A DNA stretch of 64,000 bases, taken from NCBI GenBank assembly GCA_949358305.1, contig OX442314.1, forward strand, positions 5,580,001-5,644,000, read 5' to 3'. The translations under genes and the position numbers were made by a program. Within the stretch, counting starts at the first letter, position 1, and every line of letters starts with the position of its first letter. The notes under the pieces were generated by a model. That model made no database searches. It was not told the origin of the DNA and worked only from the letters and a program-made list of their open reading frames with translations. Shown here piece by piece: positions 22,547 to 32,672 of the stretch. Source of the DNA: Strigamia acuminata. Its lineage: Eukaryota.

Positions 22547-23041
22547 CTTCATTTTTGTGCTGACAATCTCTTTGGTTAAATTGGTCGCTCTCCAAAGTTC
22601 ATCCATATTATAAGTTGGAATTTTCATCAGACGTTTCATCATGTTTCCACATTCATAGTTGGGGGAATACAGATCATCCACAACATTTGTAAAAGTTTTA
22701 TTCCAAAGCCTGACCATTTCTTTCGTGTTACAACTACAGATCATCAAATTTGGTAACACAATATCTTCCGATTTGCTCATTACGTCAACAGCCGTAGGAT
22801 AACTTAAGTAATGCATTACTCTATCGTAGGTCTGATAAGTGAGCATGCATGTGCAAAATAGGAGCAAAATTAGCCAAAATATATGACGTCTGCTCCAATG
22901 TTTTCTACTGCTTACGAAATCATCCAGACCAATTAAACTGCAGTTTGGTTTTTTGGCGTCATCTTTTATCACACGTTGAATTTCTGTGCGTAGTTTTCTT
23001 AATCTTCGCATATTTCTTACCATCAAGTAATTTTTCTGCAT
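22547..23041 (-). CDS. Gene A exon 1: N-terminus, TM1 and beta1-beta2 of DEG/ENaC repeat 1
   Basis: NCSLIGL...RRHIFWLILLLFCTCMLTYQTYDRVMHYLSYPTAVDV...LPNLMIC; donor AAG|GTAAAA, phase 0. Confidence 0.85.
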
Positions 23042-24318
23042 TATACTGCTGTATTTTCTGTACTTTAGGCCACACCACAGCTGAGTTTAGACTTGTCTCT
23101 TTTCGTCTGTTGGCTATAATGTCTTATTTCCCCTGATAACGGTTTCCATGACGATTATTGATTCATTTAAGCTTATTTCTTGCTAAAGCGGCTGTATAAT
23201 GTAGACGTTGGGCGGTGATTGCATTTTAAATCGTGTTCTCTTTATCGTCAATTTTGATCTGAGAATGTATATCGGTCATGGTTCACACCCAATGACCTAT
23301 ATATTTCTTGGTAACGTTACTGAATAATTTAGATGTTGTTCATATAATTACGTTCCGCACACACTGCTTGAAATTTCATATTTACAAAATTTAAATGTAA
23401 GTAAATATGAAGTGTAAATTTATATTTAACGCGTTAAGTAAATATAATGTTAAATGTATGTTAAATATGAACGCAAAAGTTATATTTAATTCATATTTAC
23501 CTATAGTAAATTTAATTTATGCGAAAGTTATATTTAATTCATATTTACTTACAGTTAATTTAATGATACTAAAAATAACAATATGGTTTGCCTCGACGAG
23601 TCCGATCGCCGACACTTCCGCCGCCTACAGACACCCGTTTGCCACTTGAATAATGGCTGAACGCAGAACAAATTGACATATAATTTTTTTTTGCCTTATG
23701 TTCGGCTACGCGTCCACTCGCCCGCCTGCCCTCGTCCCTACAGCTGCCTGAAACGTCCATACAGTCGCCCGCCCGCCCACCCTCGTCTGTCCACTCCTAA
23801 GTGGAGAAATTTGTTGACCATTTACAGGAAGTTACGTGAAACAGAGAGAAGGTTGAAACTAAAATTTTACTTTTTAAATGATTGAAAATGGTTAAAAATG
23901 CAAATAATTTGTCATGTTTTTTTTTGCTTTTTTGGGTCAAATTGGACGTTCTTTCTCAAATTCGGATTGAAAACACGAGGAAGTGGTCAAAATATAAGAA
24001 ATATTCGTGTAAAATGTGAATAAAATTCCTTTTTAAGCCGAATTTTGGTTGAAATGATAGAAATTGATGCCAATTATTATCAAATGTATAATAAAAAAAT
24101 TTATTTTCTCACGAAGTGTAACGAAATTCACTAAAATTATTCAAATTATTCAAATTTCTTTTGTAAAACGCTGGAAATGCGAATAAATAAACTTATTTCT
24201 GCATTTTTGGGCAAAATTTCTGACAATTTGTGACAGAACTCAACAAAAAATTCGTATTTTCGGCCATTTTTGTGTTAAAACTAACAGGACCTGCAACAAC
24301 ATATCACCGTGGCAATTG

Positions 24319-27300
24319 TGTGAGAGTGTGTTTGACAAATGATGTAAATCTGTTTACATATTATTATTTGATCGTGACAACCGTCGTTTTGGTTATGTTT
24401 GGTTGTCATGACTATCGTTGTTTTGTTGTGTGATTGTAATGGTGCCGATGAGAGGTGAAGGAGAATAAAAGTGCCAAAAGTTGTGTTTAAATTACCAAAC
24501 TGGTATGTTTATTTGCCTCAAGTGGTAGCAGAGGATTGGTTTGTATGTTTGGTGATTTATGATTCCTGGCTTGGTAAAAAGCAAGACTGCAAAGAGCAGA
24601 AAAGAGGTGAAAAATTGCAAAATAAGGCCTATAAAGAGAAAAAGAAAGATGCAACAATGAGCGACTCTATGTTAAAAAGTAACAAGCAGTCGACAAATGA
24701 ACAATAAATTGGGCGACAAAGCGCCAGAGTGGTGAAGTTTGACAACGATCAAGCAAGAAAGTGAAATTGAAAGAAAAAGGGCACAAAAAGAGAAAAATTT
24801 GCAAGAATAAAACGAGACGACGATGGCAGATGCGATACAAGGCGGAAGTATCAATAGAATTGAACTGTTAAGTGACTCGAATTATTTTTTATGGAGCATG
24901 CAAGTGGAAGCGGTGCTCCAAGCCAAAGATTTGTGGTTGGACGTCATTGAGGGCGAGGAACCAGATCCGGATGAGGAAGAGGACGAGTGGAATATATGGC
25001 GACGGAAGAATAGTCAAGCGCTAGGGATTATTATAGTCACCTTATCGGCAGAGCAAGCTGGGATGCACAAAGGAATTAGAAGCAGCAAGGAGCTGTGGGA
25101 TCGCCTAGCAGAGCGACATGAAGGGAAGCAAGCGGACAGACAGATTGATATTGGCCACGAACTGACGAGTGTGAAGATGGCTAAGAACGAAGATGCGGAA
25201 CATTATCTAAATAGAGTGGACACAATTGCACAGAGATCGGCGGCGGCAGGCAAAAATATCACACAGAAGGAAAGAGTATATTATGCAATTAAGGGGTTGA
25301 GCAAGAAATACAACCACATTGCAAAGTCGTATTATGCAAAGAGGGACATAAAGATGGACAATTTGCGCCGAGCCATCCGACTGCAAGCAAGTTGGGAAGA
25401 CGAAGAGGAAGGGAGCGAGAATAAGGCGTACAGAGCGTTCAAGCAACGAGGTGGAAGGAAAGGCAGACCCAATGGGGGCGAATGCTACACTTGTGGTAAA
25501 CAGGGGCATTTTGCACGGGATTGCAAAAGTAGTACGACGGTTAGGACCAACGATGGAGCATGTTATGAATGCGGCAAGCAGGGGCATCGAGCGCGGGATT
25601 GTTGGAGTAAGGGTCGTGGACGTGGACGAGGACAAGCTCAAACAGGACGCGGACAAGGCGAGGCGCGAGGAGGAACGGTTGCGCGTTACGCAAATAAGTC
25701 TAAGCCAGAAGCGACAAAGACGTACGCGCTCAACGCCGCCATGTCGGCTGCAGATTTGGGCAAAATGGAGTGGTTGCTAGACTCAGGCGCGACCACGCAC
25801 CTCACATCACGCAGGGAATTTTTGCACGATTTTCAAGCTGAAAGGGGATATGTCTATTTGGCCGAAGAGTCTGCAAAAATGGAATCCAGAGGGAACGGAA
25901 CGGTCGAGTTAATAAGTCACGTGGACGGACAAGACGTAAATTTGAACATGCGAAACGTAACATACGTACCAACTTTGAGAGGAAATTTAATTTCCATATG
26001 TCAGCTAACGGGAGAAGGAAACAAAGTGGTTTTTGACAATAAAGGAGCGGAAATTATAGCTGCAGATGGTGTACTGATCGGAAGAGCGACGCTAAGAGAA
26101 AAAATGTACATTCTGCAGGCGAAGAGCATCGTGATGCAAGACTTCGTGAATAGGGTGAGAGACATTGCGCGACCTAAACCAGGCACGGCGACACCAGGCC
26201 AGAGAGAGATTGACAACAAGATGTTGTGGCATGCACGCATGGGTCATATGTCGCAGCAAAAAATGGACCAAGTCAAGAAAAGCGAATTGCTCAAAGGCGC
26301 GAATTACAGCATGTGTCAGTTACCACCCTGCAAGTATTGTATTGCAGGAAAGCAGCCGAGAAAACCTTTTAAACAGACACAAGGAACCGCTACAACTCGA
26401 CCATTGGAGTTATGGCATGCGGATTTATGCGGTCCGATGGAAAAGTCCATAGGCGGAAGCCGGTACGCACTCGTAATTATAGATGACTATTCAAAATACG
26501 TCTATTGCAGTTACCTACAAGACAAAAGCCAGGCAGTGGAGGAAATAGAGTTCCACAGACAACGGGAAGAGAGAACAAGCGGATTGAAATTAGACAGATT
26601 GCGAACGGACAATGGAGGAGAGTTCTGTGGGGCGGATGCTGAATATAATTGGCGAAAGATCGGAGTAAAACACGAGCGTACGGTTCCATACTCACCTCAG
26701 AGCAACGGAGTCGTTGAGAAATATAACAGGACATTGTCTGAGAAAACAAGAACTTTGCTCAAAGATGCTCATTTGCCGGACGAGTTTTGGGCTGAAGCAT
26801 GGGCAACGGCGGTGTATACTGTAAACCGCTCACCAACGACGGCAAGTCCAGAGACGACTCCATACGAGATAAGAACTGGCAGAAAACCGGTTGGAATTCA
26901 TTTTCGTGTTTTTGGATGCACGGGCCATTATCACATCCCGAAACAAAGGAGATTGGGCAAATTTGATCAAGTGACGAGGGTAGGAATAATGGTGGGATAT
27001 TCAGCCAACCGGAAAGCCTATCGTTTATATGACGAAGCACGGGGGCATATAATTGAATCGAGGGACGTTTATTTCGAGGAAATGGCGCGCGACAGCAAGG
27101 CGCAGGAGGAGCAAATTGCGGAAATGATGGCCCAGGAAGACACATTGGGGGACACAGAAGGCGAGAATCGACGGCAGGACGAGGCACTCCAAGAGGAGGA
27201 ACAAGACGGAGCAATTGGCAACGATGAGAGTGACGAGGACGTTGCAGATCAAAGTGACGATGACGTTGCGAACGAAAGTGACGAGGATGTAGAACAAGAG

Positions 27301-29194
27301 CCCGATGAGCGACCAGTCGTGCAAGCGCGGGAAAGGAGACCGATAGGAACATTTGCGGAAAGGCAGCTGAGACTTCATGGTCAGTTGCAGGCGAGGGAGA
27401 GGATTCTCCAAGAGCGTGGCGTACGACGATCCGAAAGGATCGCTCACAAGGGCGCGGGTGGGGATGTAGCCAGAGTTATCAAGTCTTTATTCACTCCCGC
27501 GACATACACGGAAGCGGTGGAGTGTGAAGAACGCGACCATTGGGTGAAGGCAATGGAGAATGAGATGAGTTCCATGGGTATTCACAAGGTGTGGAGATTA
27601 GAGGCTCGATCGGAATCCAAGAAGCCGATCAAAAGCAAGTGGGTGTTCAGAATAAAATTACACTTGGACGGTTGTATCAAGAAATACAAAGCAAGATTAG
27701 TAGCGGTGGGCTGTGGCCAGAAACCGGGAGAAGATTACGACAGAACTTTTGCGCCAGTAATGAAAATTCAATCTCTGCGGTTATTGCTGGCAATTGCAGC
27801 TAAAAAGAAACTTCGAATTAGGCAGTATGACGTTGAAACGGCATACTTATACGGTCTACTCGATGAGGAAATACATATGTTGCAGCCAGAGGGTTTTGCA
27901 GTTCCAGGACAAGAGGACAAGATATGTTTTTTGCAGAAGAGTTTGTATGGATTGCGACAATCCGGCAGATGCTGGAATAAACGACTAAATCAGGCATTAA
28001 AGGACATTGGTTTACAGCGGCTAAAAGGGGATCCGTGTGTCTATACCTGCATCGAGGAAGATTCTTATTTCGCTGTCGGGATATTCGTGGACGACATCAT
28101 TGCGATCGGGTCAACAGATGCAGTGATAGATCGTCACATGAACGAATTGGGAAAAATATTCAAACTGATGAATATGGGAACACCAAGTCAAATTTTGGGC
28201 ATGAGAGTGAGCGTGCACAAGAAGGGCATAATGCTCACGCAGGAAGATTACGCCAAGAAGATTGTGAAGAAGTATGGAATGGACGGTTGCGCGGCAAAGC
28301 AAACTCCTTTGCCAATTGACCAAAACCTAGACGTGACAGGAGATTCGAAACCAGTTGACAGAAGCCTTTACCAAGAAATCCTTGGGAGTTTGATGTATCT
28401 AATGCTTGGGTCGAGGCCGGACCTAGCTTATGCTGTGAGCAAGCTATCTACGTTTTCCACCAAGCCGACCGAGATGCATCTAAACGCTTTAAAGAGAGTA
28501 CTTCAGTACGTAAAGGGGACAACCCATTATGGAATTCTATTCGACAGGACCCGAGGACCGTTAGAGCTCATGACAGATGCAAGTTGGAGCGTCGGACCAG
28601 ATGCGAGATCTTTCAGTGGTTACATCGTGACGTACGGTGGATCTTTGGTCAGTTGGAAGACCAAAAAGCAACAACTTGTAACTTTGTCGTCATGTGAAGC
28701 CGAAATTGTGGCGCTTTCCGAGGGAGTCTAGGAGCTCAAGTGGGTGCGGGGACTGATTGCGGAGTTGCAAATGGAGAGCATTCAGACGGGACTTAACACC
28801 TTCTGCGACAGCAAGTCGGCGATTGACTTCTCTGAAGACGTACAGTTGGGAGAGAGGACAAAGCACCTACTCAGGAAATATATGTTCATAAAAGATGAAG
28901 TTGAAGTGGGTAACATCAAGTTGAATTTTGTTCCAACCGAGGCAATGATGGCAGATCCCTTGACAAAACCTGTGTCGGGAGAAAAGGGGATTTGTGAGAG
29001 TGTGTTTGACAAATGATGTAAATCTGTTTACATATTATTATATGATCGTGACAACCGTCGTTTTGGTTATGTTTGGTTGTCATGACTATCGTTGTTTTGT
29101 TGTGTGATTGTAATGGTGCCGATGAGAGGTGAAGGAGAATAAAAGTGCCAAAAGTTGTGTTTAAATTACCAAACCGGTATGTTTATTTGCCTCA
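24319..29194 (+). mobile_element. Copia LTR retrotransposon 3 (full length, 4.9 kb)
   Basis: 202-bp LTRs 24319-24520 and 28993-29194 (2 differences seen); TSD AATTG; iMet PBS 24523-24536; PPT 28977-28990. Confidence 0.95.
24823..29016 (+). CDS. Copia 3 gag-pol polyprotein with one in-frame TAG (28729-28731) in RNase H
   Basis: Two CCHC knuckles, WLLDSGAT, WHARMGH, TDNGGEF, FVDD, SSCEAE; the same frame continues after TAG to ADPLTK. Confidence 0.9.
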
Positions 29195-29792
29195 AATTGT
29201 TCAACAACAATTTATGATTTGATGAAATCTGGGAAAAAATCAACGTCCACGAAACAGTCACACTTAATAATGAATTAGCTGATAAGGTATATTTCTTAAT
29301 ATAACCATGGCTAAAATATTATATTAAATTATTTAATATTTATAGTATTTTCGTGGATTAAAAACAATGCTGAATGCATCAAAAAGTCTTATTCCCCTTC
29401 TTTTTAGACATTATACACAAGTAAATTCAGGTTAGTTTTAATGGGGCCGAAATTCTCACGTTTATTCATCACATGAGATGCAAAATTTATCAAGTGCAAC
29501 AGGGGAAAATCAGTTTTCACACTTATTCATCATTGCAGCTGTGGAATAAGCCTGAAAACTGTCTTTTTCCTGGGTTTCTCTACTGGTATTTACCGGTATC
29601 AAAAACCATTATTTTTAAGAAAATACCCAATACCGAATACCGTCTTTAGTTCGATATTGGTACCGGTTTCTTCAGTTAGGGGTCGCTGCGATAGTGGCAT
29701 TTATAATGGACGTTGAATGGCATTTTTTTAAACATAAAAATGCGAAATTATCGATTTTTTAACTTAAAAATGTGAGTTTTTCGATTTTTATA

Positions 29793-31174
29793 CAGTGGTG
29801 GAAAAAAGTTTGAGACGCCTACAGAATTTTTATTTGCAAGTCAAATTTTAATGCAAATTCTTGCAGTTGTTTTATCACATTCTAAAGCAATATACTACTC
29901 TTCTTCCATTTAGAGATGATATTAATGTTCCAATGTTTGAATTTCACCAAATAATGCACCTACCCATGCTAAGGACAACACCAAATAATCTAAAATATTT
30001 AGTTAATTCAATGACAAATAGGTTCATTATAGTTATTAGAACGAATAGGAAACATACCAAACATTAGAAATGAAAATTGGTTATATTTAGAGCACATGGT
30101 CTCAAACTTTTTTCCAGCATAAATGACATTTTTTGAACAATGCTTTATTGTCATGATATAAACCTGTAAATAAATTTTCGAGTAAAAATTTGACTTACAA
30201 CTAAGAAACCTGTAGTGGTCTCAAACTTTTTTCTAAGCTTGTTAACCCGATCCGATCCGATCCGCCAATCCGCGGATTTGATCCGCTCGGATCGGATGCG
30301 GATGGTTTTTCGACTGATCCGCCTGCGGATCGGATCGGATCGGATGGGTGACCAATCCAAGCCATCAATCCGTGGATCGGATTGGGCGAATCCGCGGATT
30401 GATCCGAGCGATCCGCCATTTAAAAAAAAATAAATTTAACGTGTTTTTTTTTCGAATAACAACGGAATTACAACTGTTTACAATACAATTAGCAATAAGT
30501 TATTGTTAATTGTACTGTAAACACTTGTAATTCCGTTGTTATTTGGAAAAAAACAATCAAATTGTCGGGCGTTAGCTGTCGATTGTCGGCCGGACGTTTT
30601 CGGCTCTCGCGCTCGTCAACCGTCTATTGTCGGGCGGACGTTTTTGGCTCTCGCGCCCGTCAACCGTCGATTGTCGGGCGGACGTTTTTGGCTCTCGCGC
30701 CCGTCGTTTAATGTTTAATGTTATTTTATTTGATGATTTTATAATTCGTAAATAAAATAGTGTTATATAATTTAAAAAAACTGTTATTTACGCCAATCGA
30801 CGGGCGCGAGAGCCAAAAACGTCCGCCCGCCAATCGACGGTTGACGGGCGCGAGAGCCGAAAACGTCCGGCCGACAATCGACAGCTAACGCCCGACAATC
30901 AACGGCTGACGCCCGATAATCGACGACCGCGACATTCGACAGTAGGGCGTCGGACCCCGTTTTTCATCGGGTATCGACGAAAAAATCTGCGGATTGATCC
31001 GCAATCCGCGGATTGATTGCGGATCGGATCGGATCGGATCGGATTGGCTGATCTGGGAATGCGGATCGGATCGGATCCGCATTTTCCGATCCGCAATATT
31101 TCGGATCGGATGCGGATTGGCCAGAAATCCGATCCAATCCGATCCGTTAACAAGCTTACTTTTTTCCACCACTG
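29793..31174. mobile_element. Tc1/mariner-like MITE hosting a hAT MITE in its right TIR
   Basis: TA|CAGTGGTGGAAAAAAG ... CTTTTTTCCACCACTG|TA. Confidence 0.75.
30234..31158. mobile_element. hAT-like MITE with GATCC/GGATC subterminal arrays and an internal foldback
   Basis: 13-bp TIR TAAGCTTGTTAAC, 8-bp TSD CTTTTTTC (30226-30233 / 31159-31166); internal inverted arms ~30562-30705 / ~30795-30899. Confidence 0.8.
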
Positions 31175-31479
31175 TATGTAAAAATTAGAAAATAATTGAT
31201 TTTTTTCCACATAAAATTCAGAATACATTGAAAATTTCTTAACTAAAAAATCTTATAACCTCTCAATTTATCAATTTAACTATTCAACAATTCAACTAAT
31301 ACAACTAACACCTGATAACATAACAACCCCACATTCATCAAACTGCCACAACCCATTCAAAATAATATTTTAAAAAAAATAAACAAAAATTACAATTCAA
31401 ACATTACGGTTATAATAAAAATATTTAACATTGTAGCTGTTTATTTTATTTTATTACCGAAAAATACCGGATAACCGGT

Positions 31480-32160
31480 TCGAGAGGCCTAGTCGAAGAC
31501 AGGGATTCATCCGGTTTATGTGAAGCACAAGTCGATTTAGCAATCCGGCAGTGGTTACAAGACAGCTCGCGACATACCTCCGCCGGATCCAGACCATAAA
31601 TTTGCGGGATGACCGCGAGTGTCCGCATGGCACCGGTATGCAGATGTCTAAGCCGACTATGCCATATGCCAGTTGCGTCTTTGGTAAAAGATGTTGCAGA
31701 AAACAGTTTCTTCGCAGGATGGAGCAAACTGCAACGCTTTTGCGTAGGTATGGATGGGAAAGGAGTTAGAAACACGAGTTTGCGAGGTAGGCAATTACAG
31801 GCTGTAGAGATGCGGTAGGAGGAAACATGGACAAAGAAGGTACATCAACACGAAGGTCAGTTATGTCTGAAAACTTGGTGTTCGTCTTTCTCGAGTGTTT
31901 TGGTATAGGCTCAAAATCCAAATGTAGTGGGTTGGTGTGTTCAACAGTGTCGCATCGGTCACATTATTTGACACATCCTGGACAGACGTCGGATTGCATC
32001 CAATGTCTGGTGGAGCAGTCATAGTCGGTAGAAATGGGGCATGATCAATGGTAATGGTGTCACGCGCCCCATCGCTCACTTCAAAACAGGGGTGGAATGT
32101 GTCTACGTCTGACCAGTTGTCTAGGTGGGCGGGTCAACGATGCGCGACTGAGATGCATCA
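31480..32160 (-). pseudogene. Degenerate Copia PR-IN linker/integrase fragment related to Copia 1
   Basis: KDATGIWHSRLRHLHTGAMRTLA..IYGLDPAEVCRELSCNHCRIAKS vs Copia 1 KDATGLWHSRLGHLHTNSMRLLA..VYGMEPAEVSKELACNDCRLAKS. The right boundary is approximate. Confidence 0.8.
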
Positions 32161-32598
32161 ATGCAACTCAAACTCAATTAAAAAAAGGATTCCCAAAAAG
32201 TGGTGTCTTGTAAACAATAAGCTATTACATCTGAATTAAAATTGAAATACACTTTATTTATCACTTGATTATATCCTCATAGGATTTAACAATGAAAATA
32301 AAACTAATTAATCAACATTTCAATAACAGTCCTAACAATTATTACTGAACATATTTCTAGCATTTATTTACTAGCAGTTCTTTCAATTACTTGCAGTAAA
32401 ACATTAAAAGCAATTAACATTACATTGATTTATAAAGAGAAAAATGAAATGACCACTTCCCTATTTTTGGTTAATTTCTTTGTTCCAGCATCGGCCTTGA
32501 CAAGCTCCCAGCGTTGGATGTGGGTTTTCACAGGTGGACGAGGCTCGGGGCAATTCGACTCACAGCTGTTTCTTCTCCGTTCCTTTCTTCTTTGGTTG

Positions 32599-32672
32599 GA
32601 GGCACATCTGACTTGTTCATCTCATGGTTGGCGGCACATCTGACTTGTTCATCTCATGGTTGGAGGCACATC
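32599..32672. repeat. 32-bp tandem repeat, ~2.3 copies
   Basis: G(A/C)GGCACATCTGACTTGTTCATCTCATGGTTG repeated. Confidence 0.7.

Larger units (their letters stand above)
4210..23041 (-). pseudogene. Tandem two-repeat DEG/ENaC (pickpocket/ASIC-like) channel gene A; this copy is disrupted by an exonic insertion
   Basis: GT-AG exons: 23041-22547, 22483-22411, 13874-13783, 13705-13613, 13551-13445, 13375-12688 + 9160-9065 (split exon), 9005-8921, 7457-7375, 5043-4948, 4879-4770, 4594-4210. Total 2403 nt = 800 aa + stop, frame-consistent. Motifs: FWLILL..YLSYPT..LPNLMIC; YGICSTF; Cys-rich thumb; LLSDLGGNLGLFLGLS; YPSVTVC; PFGHC; CKCKQPC; LLSDIGSILGSGLGMS. Confidence 0.85.
24277..29430 (+). pseudogene. 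DEG/ENaC repeat-2 fragment C (pseudogene) split by Copia 3
   Basis: KTNRTCNNISPWQL (24277-24318) | Copia | FNNNL*FDEIWEKINVHETVTLNNELADK|GT (29200-29286, TGA at 29215), plus 85-nt exon YFRGLKTMLNASKSLIPLLF (29346-29430); homologous to gene A exons 6-7. Confidence 0.8.

Noticed and set aside
30151..31228. SDPIR-repeat ORFs; superficially CRISPR-like or repeat-protein pattern
   Set aside because: Translation of MITE subterminal GATCC arrays; no unique spacers, no cas genes, eukaryotic context.
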